Positions 50,768-59,918 of a DNA stretch of 64,000 nt are shown here, one piece after another. Numbering within the stretch: position 1 is the first letter of the stretch; the number at the start of each line of letters is the position of its first letter. A program made the position numbers and the translations under genes. The notes beneath the pieces are model-generated. The model was given only the letters and a program-made list of their open reading frames with translations. It did not search any database and was not told the origin of the DNA. This DNA comes from Longimicrobiales bacterium. GTDB lineage: Bacteria > Gemmatimonadota > Gemmatimonadetes > Longimicrobiales > Gaopeijiaceae. The DNA is taken from positions 832,001 to 896,000 of the forward strand of contig CAXXKM010000003.1 in NCBI GenBank assembly GCA_963664435.2. The letters are read 5' to 3'.

Positions 50768-51456
50768 GGTGCTGGCCGGGTTTCCGCCCTGGCGATCTCC
50801 AGAAGCGGCTCGGGCGCGATCTCGTGCCCGCCCGGATGGATGAGGACTCGGAAGGGCACCCCCAACTCTTCCAGCAGCGCGTCCTGGGCCCGCTCCTCCC
50901 GCCTGTCGCGGAACTTGTCGGCGGCGCCGCGGACGAAGGTGACCTGCACGGCCTCGAGTCCCGTTGCGAGAGCATCCGGGCTCAGGTCGGTGGCCAGGCC
51001 GGCGCCCCACAGCACCAGCTCGTGCGCGTTCGGGCGCCCCAGCATCACCCAGCGGGATGCCGTGTGCGCTCCCTGGGAAAACCCGAGCACGACCCGGCGG
51101 CGGACGGCGGGCGCGGCGGTGGCGGCCACCTCGCGCGCGAGCGCATCCAGATACGCCACGTAGTCCGCGATCTCGTTGTCCCGGTCCTCGCGCGTCATCC
51201 AGCTGGCGCCCACGCGGTGTTCCGGCCCGTGCCTGCCCGGACTCGGATCCACGTAGAAGCGCGAGAGCGCCTCGGGGACCACGATGATGCGCTCGGGGGC
51301 ATCCAGGACCTCGAAACGCCGCGCAAAACGGCGGGCCGCCTGCCGGTAGCCGTGAAGCGCGAACCAGGCTTCCTCGACCCTCTCGCCCCCGCCTCCCAGC
51401 GTGTAGTAGCGGGCCGTGCGCGCGACCCGGAGGTGGTGTCTGGCCGCTAACCCCAT
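50728..51456 (-). CDS. Alpha/beta hydrolase (phospholipase/carboxylesterase family)
   Basis: LHGY, PEALSRFY, VGASWMTREDR, GFSQG, D in GAAD and GGH. Confidence 0.9.
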   Translation of the reverse strand: MGLAARHHLRVARTARYYTLGGGGERVEEAWFALHGYRQAARRFARRFEVLDAPERIIVVPEALSRFYVDPSPGRHGPEHRVGASWMTREDRDNEIADYVAYLDALAREVAATAAPAVRRRVVLGFSQGAHTASRWVMLGRPNAHELVLWGAGLATDLSPDALATGLEAVQVTFVRGAADKFRDRREERAQDALLEELGVPFRVLIHPGGHEIAPEPLLEIARAETRPAPHPPATSSPATGT

Positions 51457-51465
51457 GACTCTACG

Positions 51466-51891
51466 TCAAGTCCCCGGAAACAGCACCCGAATGGTCCTCC
51501 GACGACCCTGGCGGTAAGCGTGGAAGTCGGAATTCAGCGTCATGATGGAACCGTTCTCCGTCCCCTCGAGGATGCGCACGAGGCACGCGTCGGCAAGAGA
51601 CATCGGCACGTTGGCGTTCCGACGCATCAGGGCGGCCACGGCGTCGGCATCGTCCGACGTTCCGAGGACGTCGACCGCCCTCAACACGCCGCGACGGAGA
51701 AGCGCCACGGGCAGGCTTGCATCAACGCCGATGCGCCGGAGCAGGAAGCACGCTTCGGACAACACCGACTCGGACGTGAGCAGCGGAGGCGCCAATGACT
51801 CGAACTGCTCGCGCGCCCACCGGTGATGTGTTTCATCGGCGTCGAGCAGGGCCACGATGGGCCCGGTGTCAACGATGACCGCCGGCCGCAT
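51466..51891 (-). CDS. vapC: PIN-domain (VapC-like) toxin
   Basis: VIVDTGPIVALLD, SESVLSEACFLL, MSLADACLV and TLNSDF motifs. Confidence 0.85.
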   Translation of the reverse strand: MRPAVIVDTGPIVALLDADETHHRWAREQFESLAPPLLTSESVLSEACFLLRRIGVDASLPVALLRRGVLRAVDVLGTSDDADAVAALMRRNANVPMSLADACLVRILEGTENGSIMTLNSDFHAYRQGRRRTIRVLFPGT

Positions 51892-52045
51892 CCGCGAGCA
51901 TCGCGTCCCGAAGCAATTCCTTGTTGGTCGCCAGGTCCTTGCGACCGCTTCGGAACGCCCCGACGAGGTCGCCGGCAAGCTCGGCGCAACTGGGCAGCTG
52001 TCCATCCGCATCCCGAGCCAGAGCCTCGGCGAGGATGTCCCGCAT
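51869..52045 (-). pseudogene. N-terminally truncated CopG/RHH-type antitoxin (58 aa, below the ORF track cut-off)
   Basis: Manual translation MRDILAEALARDADGQLPSCAELAGDLVGAFRSGRKDLATNKELLRDAMLADAAGGHR. The SxxxLAGDLxG...DLxTN tail resembles antitoxins preceding this VapC type; in-frame TGA TAG lie just upstream. Confidence 0.65.
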
Positions 52046-52054
52046 CGGCGACTA

Positions 52055-52660
52055 TCATTCTTCCGGCTTCGGCGCGCGGTGCGCGATCACCTGCTCGAAG
52101 ACCTCGTCGAGGCGCGTCAGGCGGGCTTCTTCGTTGCGCATCTCCAGGAGATCCTGTCGCCACTCGGGATCCAACTGCACGAACGCGGCCAGACGAAACG
52201 ACACCTCGTCGTCCGCATCGAAATCGGGAGGTGCGGGGGATGAGGGCTGGAGGGCTGAGACGGCGGCGCGAAAGAGGTTTATGGAAGCCCTGCGCGGCGC
52301 CGTCAGCCGGGGCTGCGGAGCCGGCTCGTCCTCGTACTCCGCGACCACGGCCTCGTAGTAGGGCTCGCCGGACTCGAGCCCGTCGTGAATCGCGAAGCGG
52401 CCCACGCCCTTCACCAGGATGAAGGAACGGCCGTCCTTGAGCCCCTGATGCCGTTCGATCTCGGCCAGCGCGCCCACGCGCCCATCCTCGATGAGAAACG
52501 GGCCGAAGCGATCGGAGTCGTGATAGATGAGCCCAAAGCGATGGTCGGTCTCGAGGCAGCGCGCCACCATGCGGCGGTAGCGGGGCTCGAAGATGTGGAG
52601 CGGGAGCAACTCCCCGGGGAAGAGGACGACATCGAGCGGAAAGAGGGGCAGGCGGTTCAT
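52055..52660 (-). CDS. Stand-alone Lon N-terminal substrate-binding domain protein
   Basis: MNRLPLFPLDVVLFPGELLPLHIFEPRYRRMV, DGR and RQDLLE motifs; ATGA overlap with the MATE stop. Confidence 0.9.
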   Translation of the reverse strand: MNRLPLFPLDVVLFPGELLPLHIFEPRYRRMVARCLETDHRFGLIYHDSDRFGPFLIEDGRVGALAEIERHQGLKDGRSFILVKGVGRFAIHDGLESGEPYYEAVVAEYEDEPAPQPRLTAPRRASINLFRAAVSALQPSSPAPPDFDADDEVSFRLAAFVQLDPEWRQDLLEMRNEEARLTRLDEVFEQVIAHRAPKPEE

Positions 52661-54036
52661 GCCACCCGCTTGCGCGGCGCCCGCGGATCGTCGATGAGGA
52701 CCCGGCCGACCCCGCGCGCCAGCAGGCGGCGGACGCGGATGAAGAGCAGGATGGCGACCGCCCCCAGCCCCGCGGCCAGGCCCCACCAGAGGCCGCGCGC
52801 GCCCATGTCCGCACCGAAGGCGAGCGCGGCGCTGACCGGAACCCCGAACACCCAGAAGCCGAGCGCGTTGAAGATGAAGGGCGAACGGGTGTCGCCCGCG
52901 CCGCGCAGCACTCCGGCCGCCACCGCCTGCAGGCCATCGGCGACCTGGAAGATGCCCGCGATGGGAAGGAGCGCGACCGCGACCGCGAGAACACCCGCGT
53001 CCGCCGTGTATACCCGGGCCAGCAACCCGGGCGCGCCCAGGAACACGCACGCGGTCAGGACCATGAACCCCCCGCCCATCAGGATGCCCGCCCCGGCGGC
53101 CCGCCGCGCCTCCACCATGTCCTCCCGGCCGACCGCGCGCCCGACCAGCACCGCCGCCGCGCCCGCGATTCCCAGCGGGACCATGAAGGCGAGCGCCGCC
53201 AGGTTGAGCGCCACCTGGTGGCCGGCCATGGTCACGGTGCCCAGCCAGCCCATCATCACGCCGATGAGGGAGAAGGCCCCGAACTCGAGCTGCTGCTGGA
53301 ATCCGAGCGGAGTTCCGAGGCGGATCATGCGCCCGAGCGCGAACACGTCGAAAGCCTCGCGCCGGATGCGGGCGACGTAGGGCCTGACCACGGGCCAGGA
53401 GAGGGCGAGCAGGAGCGCCGCCATGAACCAGCGGGCCACGCTCGACCCCCACGCCGATCCCACCGCGCCCATCTGCGGAAAGCCCAGGTTTCCGAAGATG
53501 AGCACCCAGTTGAGGAACACGTTCAGGAGGTTGGCGGCGACGATGGTCCACACGATGGGCGACACCCGGCCCATGGCCTGCAGACTCTGGCGCAGGACCA
53601 CGAAGGCGTAGAAGGGAAGCATCCCCGGGATGGAGCCGAAGATGTAGCCCGCCCCGACGGGCACCACGTCCTCCGGCTGTCGCAGCCACACGAACACCGT
53701 GGCGGAGGGCAGGAAGAGCAGCGACGCGATCAGGGCCAGAAACAACGTGAGCACGAAGCCGCGCTGGATGCCGCGCGCGACCGATTCCGCGTCCCCCGCC
53801 CCCACTCCCTGGGCGACGATGGGATCGAGCGCCATCAGCATCCCGTTGCCGAAGACGGCGATGGTGTAGAAATAGACGTTGCCGAGCGCCACGGCGGCCA
53901 GGTCGGTCGGGGACAGCCGGCCGACCATCATGGTGTCCACCACGCCCATCAGCATCATCCCCACCTGCACGCCCACGATGGGAAGCGCCAGGCTCACCAT
54001 GGTGGCGAGATTGGCACGGCGGGGAACGAGATCCAT
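52657..54036 (-). CDS. MATE family efflux transporter (NorM-like)
   Basis: About 12 TM; VDTMMVGR, LIFGNLGFPQMGAVG, AGHQVALN and FQVADGLQ..AGVLRGAGDT motifs. Confidence 0.93.
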   Translation of the reverse strand: MDLVPRRANLATMVSLALPIVGVQVGMMLMGVVDTMMVGRLSPTDLAAVALGNVYFYTIAVFGNGMLMALDPIVAQGVGAGDAESVARGIQRGFVLTLFLALIASLLFLPSATVFVWLRQPEDVVPVGAGYIFGSIPGMLPFYAFVVLRQSLQAMGRVSPIVWTIVAANLLNVFLNWVLIFGNLGFPQMGAVGSAWGSSVARWFMAALLLALSWPVVRPYVARIRREAFDVFALGRMIRLGTPLGFQQQLEFGAFSLIGVMMGWLGTVTMAGHQVALNLAALAFMVPLGIAGAAAVLVGRAVGREDMVEARRAAGAGILMGGGFMVLTACVFLGAPGLLARVYTADAGVLAVAVALLPIAGIFQVADGLQAVAAGVLRGAGDTRSPFIFNALGFWVFGVPVSAALAFGADMGARGLWWGLAAGLGAVAILLFIRVRRLLARGVGRVLIDDPRAPRKRVA

Positions 54037-54102
54037 GGGAAGTCCTGGCGTCCGCGCGGCGACGGATCGGGAACGCGGTGGGAGGCTTGCGGGAGCGGCG
54101 CC

Positions 54103-54594
54103 TCAGAAATCTAGCATCGAGTCATCCACGTCGCCGGGATCGTCGATGCCCATGCGGGCGGCTTCATGGGCCCGGACCGGACGGCGTCCGGAGAATCCCG
54201 CATCCACCTCGTGCCACTGCGAGATGCGTGGCTCCCCGCGGCGCCAGCAGAGGTACACCCATCGCCCCTCGAACGTGGTCGGAAAGTCGAGAAGGCCGTG
54301 CTCCAGTCCCCCCACCGGGAACCTGATGCCTCTCCCCAGGATCTCCTCTTCGATGCAGCGCCGGATGCGCGCGCCGGCACGCCCCGCGCCCTCGCGATGC
54401 TCGAGGAACTCGCTGTGATCCGGGTTGGTCGGGGCCATGACCAGGCGCCCCCAGAGCGCCTCGAGGATCTTGAGCTGTTCGACGTGGCCCTCCAGCTCTT
54501 CGCGCGATCCGGCGAGGTCGTCGAGGACGGTCTCGAGCGCGGGCAGGAGTGCGTTGGCCTCGTCGAGGGTGAAGGCCTTGCGCGGGGGCTTCAC
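54103..54594 (-). CDS. DUF2203 family protein
   Basis: FTLDEANALLP and GLLDFP...VYLCWRRGEPRISQWH...GFSGRRP motifs; GTG start overlaps the upstream stop. Confidence 0.88.
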   Translation of the reverse strand: MKPPRKAFTLDEANALLPALETVLDDLAGSREELEGHVEQLKILEALWGRLVMAPTNPDHSEFLEHREGAGRAGARIRRCIEEEILGRGIRFPVGGLEHGLLDFPTTFEGRWVYLCWRRGEPRISQWHEVDAGFSGRRPVRAHEAARMGIDDPGDVDDSMLDF

Positions 54595-54755
54595 CTGGCG
54601 CGCGCCTCGAGCGCCGAGAGGCGCCGCTCGATCTCCTCCAGCTTGTAGAGGATCATCACGTGCGTCTTCTTCGCATCGATTCCGACAGGGCTGGCGTCGC
54701 TGGCGATCTCGCGGGCGATGCGCTGGTAGTCCTTTGCGGAGGGCTGGCTGCTCAT
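54591..54755 (-). CDS. Small (54 aa) hypothetical protein with C-terminal coiled coil
   Basis: MSSQPSAKDYQRIAREIASDASPVGIDAKKTHVMILYKLEEIERRLSALEARAR; AGGAG RBS; GTGA overlap with DUF2203; host-like codon usage. Confidence 0.7.
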   Translation of the reverse strand: MSSQPSAKDYQRIAREIASDASPVGIDAKKTHVMILYKLEEIERRLSALEARAR

Positions 54756-54993
54756 GCGTCGGCTCCTGTGGGTGTTGCCGCGAATCCTCGGGGTGGCGCG
54801 CCGGATTGGCAAGCCGGTCCGCCCGACGCCCCGGCTCCGCATCGGGAAAGGATGCGCGCGCGCGCCGTGCAAGGGATGAGCGGAGGGGGCCGGCTGGATG
54901 CCGGAAGTGGCGGATCGGCGGCCGGCGCACGATCTTGCCGGACCGGCGATTCACCGCTACACCGTCACCTCTACACGGACGGAAGCCAACCCG

Positions 54994-56481
54994 ATGGCCA
55001 GGATCACACGCAGAGAATTCGTATCCGGGAGCGCCGCCCTGGCGATGGGCGCTACGGTGGTCCCGCGCCACGTGCTGGGCGGCCCCGGATATCAGGCCCC
55101 CAGCGACACCCTGGCGATCGCCATCGTGGGCGCGGGCGGGATGGGCGCCGAGAACGCCCAGGAACTGGGAAGCGAGCGCATCGTCGCAGTGTGCGACGTC
55201 GACCATCGGCTGGTGGAGAGCAAGGTCGAGGAGCGCTCGGTCGACCGCGACGGCAACCCGCACGAACCCGGCGTGCGCTGGAAGGAGCAGTACGCGGCGG
55301 CCCGCAAGTACACCGACTTCCGGGTCATGCTGGAGCAGGAGGACGAAGTCGACGCGGTGCTCGTCGCCACGCCCGACCACACCCACGCGGTCATCGCCGG
55401 AGCCGCCATGCGGGCGGGCAAGCACGTGTACGTGCAGAAGCCCCTCACCTGGTCGGTGCACGAGGCGCGCGAACTCGGCCGGCTGGCGGAGTCGACCGGG
55501 GTGGTCACCCAGATGGGCAACCAGGGCCACTCGAACGACGAGGCTCGCCTGGTCAACGAGTGGGTGCAGGCCGGGGTGATCGGGGTGGTGCGCGAAGTGC
55601 ACGTGTGGACCAACCGGCCGATCTGGATGCAGGGGCTGCCGCGCCCGGCCCCTCTTCCCGACGACGGAAGCCTGACCGACCCGGACCGCTCGTGGTGGCC
55701 CGGATCCGCGCAGGAAGCGGTCGCGTCGGGGCTGTGGGCCGACTTCAAGGCGCCCGGGCACCTCAACTGGGACCTGTACCTGGGGCCAATCGCGCGCGAA
55801 GTGCCGTACCACCCGATGTACCACCCCTTCCACTGGCGCGGCTGGGTCGACTTCGGGGTGGGGGCGCTGGGCGACATGGGAGCGCACCTGATCGACCACC
55901 CGTTCTGGGCGCTCGACCTCGGGCTGCCCCACGCGATCGAGGCGACCTCCACCCCGTGGGGCGGTCCCGTCGAGGACCCGGTGTCGTATCCGGTCGCCAC
56001 CAAGGTGCACTACGAGTTCGGGCGGCGCGGCCTCCTGCCCCCCGTCGACATGCACTGGTACGACGGCGGGCTGATGCCCAGACGCCACCCCCGGCTCCCG
56101 GACGACGTGCCGCTGGATCGCGCGGGCGGGGTCCTGTTCGTGGGCGAGCGCGGTCTGCTGCTGCACGAGACCTATGGCCGCAACCCGAAGGTCTATCCGG
56201 AGGAGCTGCAGGAGGAGGCGGACGCCGTCCCGCCGACCTATCCGCGCGTGGAGGGGACTCACGAGATGAACTGGGCCGACGCCTGCAAGGGAATCGGCGA
56301 GGCGAACTCTCCGTTCTCCTACGCGGCGCCGCTCACCGAGACCATGCTGCTGGGGCTGGTCGCGCTGCGCGCGGGCCAGGGAGAGCGCATCGAATACGAC
56401 GCGGCCAGCATGCGCGTGACCAACCACGAGAAGGCCAACCAGTACCTCGTGCGCGAGTACCGGGAGGGGTGGAGCATATGA
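54994..56481 (+). CDS. Tat-exported Gfo/Idh/MocA oxidoreductase
   Basis: TRREFV Tat motif; [48 protein letters not shown] and REYREGW motifs. Confidence 0.93.
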   Translation: MARITRREFVSGSAALAMGATVVPRHVLGGPGYQAPSDTLAIAIVGAGGMGAENAQELGSERIVAVCDVDHRLVESKVEERSVDRDGNPHEPGVRWKEQYAAARKYTDFRVMLEQEDEVDAVLVATPDHTHAVIAGAAMRAGKHVYVQKPLTWSVHEARELGRLAESTGVVTQMGNQGHSNDEARLVNEWVQAGVIGVVREVHVWTNRPIWMQGLPRPAPLPDDGSLTDPDRSWWPGSAQEAVASGLWADFKAPGHLNWDLYLGPIAREVPYHPMYHPFHWRGWVDFGVGALGDMGAHLIDHPFWALDLGLPHAIEATSTPWGGPVEDPVSYPVATKVHYEFGRRGLLPPVDMHWYDGGLMPRRHPRLPDDVPLDRAGGVLFVGERGLLLHETYGRNPKVYPEELQEEADAVPPTYPRVEGTHEMNWADACKGIGEANSPFSYAAPLTETMLLGLVALRAGQGERIEYDAASMRVTNHEKANQYLVREYREGWSI

Positions 56482-56530
56482 TGCGTCGATACATGGCCGG
56501 TCGCAGGATCCCCTGCGGGAGGAGCACGAG

Positions 56531-57250
56531 ATGAGAGCGCACCCGGCTGTATCCCGGCTATTCCTCGTGTCCCCCATCCTCCTCGCTCTCTTCGCCTCGC
56601 CGGCGTCGCTGGTCGCCCAGGAGCACAACACGCTCACCGCCGCGGAACGGGAGGCCGGGTGGCGGCTGCTCTTCGACGGGCGCTCGCTCGACGGCTGGCG
56701 GCGCTACGACGGCGAGCCCATGACGGGGGGCTGGGCCGTGGAGGACGGGGCCCTCGCACATGTGCGCAGGGGACGCTCCATCATCACCGACGATGTCTTC
56801 GAGGACTTCGAGCTGGCGCTCGAGTGGAAGGTCGAACCCGGCGGCAACTCGGGCATCTTCTACCGCGCGGCGCCGGGGGCGGAGGAGATCTTCCACAGCG
56901 CGCCCGAGCTTCAGGTGCTGGACGACGCAGGGCACGCCGACGGGCGCAGTCCGCTGACCAGCGCGGGCGCCAACTACGGTCTGCATGGCGTGCCGCGGGG
57001 GATCGTGCGGCCGGCGGAGGAGTGGAACCAGGTCCGGATCCTGGTGCGCGGAACCCACGTCGAGCACTGGCTCAACGACGAGAAGGTGGTGGAGTACGAG
57101 CTGGGCGGCGACGACTGGAAGGCCAGGGTGGCGGGGAGCAAATTCGTCGAGTGGCCGGAATACGGCCGGGCGGCCAGGGGGCACATCGGCCTTCAGGACC
57201 ACGGGAACCGCGTGTGGTTCCGCAACATCAAGCTGCGGGAGATTCGATGA
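56531..57250 (+). CDS. DUF1080 (3-keto-disaccharide hydrolase/lyase family)
   Basis: NTLT..E...GWRLLFDG, EWK, GNSGIFY, PELQVLD, EHWLN and GHIGLQDHG.RVWFRNIK motifs. Confidence 0.93.
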   Translation: MRAHPAVSRLFLVSPILLALFASPASLVAQEHNTLTAAEREAGWRLLFDGRSLDGWRRYDGEPMTGGWAVEDGALAHVRRGRSIITDDVFEDFELALEWKVEPGGNSGIFYRAAPGAEEIFHSAPELQVLDDAGHADGRSPLTSAGANYGLHGVPRGIVRPAEEWNQVRILVRGTHVEHWLNDEKVVEYELGGDDWKARVAGSKFVEWPEYGRAARGHIGLQDHGNRVWFRNIKLREIR

Positions 57251-58827
57251 TGAGCGAGGGCCCGTCCCGGCGAGCGTCGCGCCTGGGAGCGGCCGCGCTC
57301 CTCGGGACGATTGCGCTGCTCCCCGATCCCGCGGCGTCCCAGTCCGGCGCCGACGTGGCGCGCGCCTGGCGGGAAGCCAACGAGGCCGAGATCATCGACG
57401 ACTTCCGCGAGCTGCTCACCTACCCGAACCGCGCCCGCGACATCGAGGACGTGACCCGCGCCGCCACCTACATCCGCGACCTCCTGCGGGCGGCGGGAGC
57501 GGAATCCGAGCTGCTCTCCATCGACGGGGTGGCGCCGGCGGTCTACGGCAGGCTCATGGTCCCGGGCGCAACCCGCACCCTCGGCATATACGTCCATTAC
57601 GACGGCCAGCCCGTCGACCCGTCGAACTGGACCCATCCACCCTTCGAGCCCACGCTCTACTCGGCCTCGATGGAGGCCGGCGGCACGCCCATTCCCTTTC
57701 CCGCTCCCGGTGACGCGGTGGACCCGGAATGGCGCATCTACGCGCGCTCCGCGGGCGACGACAAAGGGCCCATCGCCGCGGTGCTCCCCGTCCTGCACGC
57801 CTTCCGCGAAGCCGGCATCGCGCCCACCTCGAACCTGGTCTTCCTCTTCGATGGCGAGGAGGAGGCGGGCTCGCGCAACCTGGGCCGGTACATGGAGATG
57901 CGGGCCGAGGCGCTCGACGACGTGGACATCTGGCTCTTCTTCGACGGGCCGGTGCACCAGAGCGGACGCCCCCAGCTCACCTTCGGGGTGCGCGGCGCCA
58001 TGGGGATGGAGGTCACGGTCTACGGCGCCACCCGCAACCTGCACTCCGGGCACTACGGCAACTGGACCCCGGACACCGGCAACATCCTGGCGCACCTGCT
58101 CGCTTCGATGAAGGACGGGGAGGGGCGCGTGCTGGTCGAGGGCTGGTACGACACCACCGACCCCATCGGGCCGGAGGAGCGCGCCGCTCTGGAGAACATG
58201 CCCGACATCGAGGCGGACCTGAAGCGGGAGCTGGGGCTGGCGTGGACGGAGGGCGAGCCCGAGACGCTGCCCGAGCGGCTGCTGGTGCCGGCGCTGAACG
58301 TGCGCGGCATCACGAGCGGCAACACCGGCGCCCTGGCCCGCAACATCATTCCCAACACGGCGGTGGCGGCGCTCGGCATCCGGCTGGTCAAGGGGAACGA
58401 CGCCGCCCACCTGCGCCAGCTGATCGTGGACCACATCGAGGGGCAGGGCTTTCACGTGGTGTCCGAGGATCCGGACATGGAAACCCGGCTGCGCTACCCG
58501 CGCATCGCCAAGGTCACCGGGGGCGGGGGGTCGCCGGCGTCGCGGACGGAAATGGCCAACCCCTTCGTGCAGGAGATCATCGCAGCGACCTCCGACGCCG
58601 CGGACCGCGCCTTCGGGACCGGATCGCTTGTGCTGGCTCCAGGCATGGGCGGCACGCTGCCCCTCTACCTGTTCACCGATGTCGCGGGCAAGCCCGCCAT
58701 CAACGTGCCCATCGCGAATCACGACAACAACCAGCACGCGCCCGACGAGAACCTGCGCATCGCCAACCTCTGGTACGCGATCGATCTGTACGCCGCGCTG
58801 CTGACCATGCCGAGGGGAGTTTCATGA
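57247..58827 (+). CDS. M20/M25/M40 family metallo-hydrolase
   Basis: HYDGQP, YARSAGDDKG, DGEEEAGS, LHSGHYGNW and NHDNNQHAPDEN motifs; ATGA overlaps at both ends. Confidence 0.92.
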   Translation: MMSEGPSRRASRLGAAALLGTIALLPDPAASQSGADVARAWREANEAEIIDDFRELLTYPNRARDIEDVTRAATYIRDLLRAAGAESELLSIDGVAPAVYGRLMVPGATRTLGIYVHYDGQPVDPSNWTHPPFEPTLYSASMEAGGTPIPFPAPGDAVDPEWRIYARSAGDDKGPIAAVLPVLHAFREAGIAPTSNLVFLFDGEEEAGSRNLGRYMEMRAEALDDVDIWLFFDGPVHQSGRPQLTFGVRGAMGMEVTVYGATRNLHSGHYGNWTPDTGNILAHLLASMKDGEGRVLVEGWYDTTDPIGPEERAALENMPDIEADLKRELGLAWTEGEPETLPERLLVPALNVRGITSGNTGALARNIIPNTAVAALGIRLVKGNDAAHLRQLIVDHIEGQGFHVVSEDPDMETRLRYPRIAKVTGGGGSPASRTEMANPFVQEIIAATSDAADRAFGTGSLVLAPGMGGTLPLYLFTDVAGKPAINVPIANHDNNQHAPDENLRIANLWYAIDLYAALLTMPRGVS

Positions 58828-59825
58828 GAGGGATGGGCGAGGGGGGCGTGGATCGAGGGTCATCGCGGGGATCGTCGCGGGGACCCGGACCGACGAGTGC
58901 GGGCGAGCGGCGTCCAGCCCGGACCGGCGTGGACAACACCATCGACCGGCGGAGCTTCCTGGGGGCGCTTCCCGGAGCGGCCGTGGTGGCCGGCGGGTTG
59001 CCGGGGCTGGGCCGGGTATGGCCGGGGGCCGCTTCCCAGGTCCCTTCCGCCATCGGGGTGCAGCTCTACACGGTTCGCGCGGTGATGGCGAGCGACCCCG
59101 ACGGCACCCTCGCCGCGATCGCCGCGATCGGCTACGCGGAGGTCGAATTGGCGGGCCTGTACGGGATGTCCGCGCGGGAGATGAAGGCCCGGCTGGACGC
59201 GGTCGGGCTGGCGGCCACGTCGAGCCACCACTCCGTGGAGGAGGTGCGGGGGAGCTGGGCGGCGACCCTCGAGGCCGCCGTCGCGCTCGGCCAGCGCCTG
59301 GTGGTGGTGCCGTCCATCCCGGTCGCCGAGCGCGACGGGGAGGCGCTGCGGCGGATTGCGGACGACTTCAACCGGGCTGGTGATGCCGCCCGCGCCGCCG
59401 GCCTCCGGTTCGGCTACCACAACCACGACTGGGAGATGCGCCCGGGCGCGGACGGGGTGCGCCCCATCGACCTGCTGCTCGACCGCACCGAACCGGAACT
59501 GGTCGACTGGCAGATGGACATCTTCTGGACGGTGCACGGCGGCGCCGACCCCATGGCCGAGCTGGACGCGCGCGCCGGCCGGGTGACCAGCGTCCACGTG
59601 AAGGATCGTACCGCCGCGGGCGAGATGGCCGACGTGGGCGCGGGGGTGATCGACTTCCGGACCGCGCTGGCGCGCGCCGGCGAACTGGGACTCCTCCACC
59701 AGTACGTCGAGCACGACCAGCCCGGCGACCCGATCGAGAGCGTGCGCGCCAGCTACCGCGCGCTCGCGGCCGTGGTGGCCGCAGGCACGGGCAGCGACCG
59801 GCTCCCGCGGTCCACCGGCCGGTGA
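58824..59825 (+). CDS. Tat-exported sugar phosphate isomerase/epimerase (xylose-isomerase-like TIM barrel)
   Basis: DRRSFL Tat motif; IGVQLYTVR, YHNHDWE, QMDIFW, HVKD, VGAGVIDF and VEHD motifs. The true start may lie closer to the Tat motif. Confidence 0.9.
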   Translation: MRGMGEGGVDRGSSRGSSRGPGPTSAGERRPARTGVDNTIDRRSFLGALPGAAVVAGGLPGLGRVWPGAASQVPSAIGVQLYTVRAVMASDPDGTLAAIAAIGYAEVELAGLYGMSAREMKARLDAVGLAATSSHHSVEEVRGSWAATLEAAVALGQRLVVVPSIPVAERDGEALRRIADDFNRAGDAARAAGLRFGYHNHDWEMRPGADGVRPIDLLLDRTEPELVDWQMDIFWTVHGGADPMAELDARAGRVTSVHVKDRTAAGEMADVGAGVIDFRTALARAGELGLLHQYVEHDQPGDPIESVRASYRALAAVVAAGTGSDRLPRSTGR

Positions 59826-59918
59826 CGCCCGTGCGCGTCACGTGCATCCCGGCGGGCACGAGTCGCCGGCTTCCGGCCGCGCCCTCCCGCCCCACCCAAC
59901 CCACAACCCTGACGTAAC

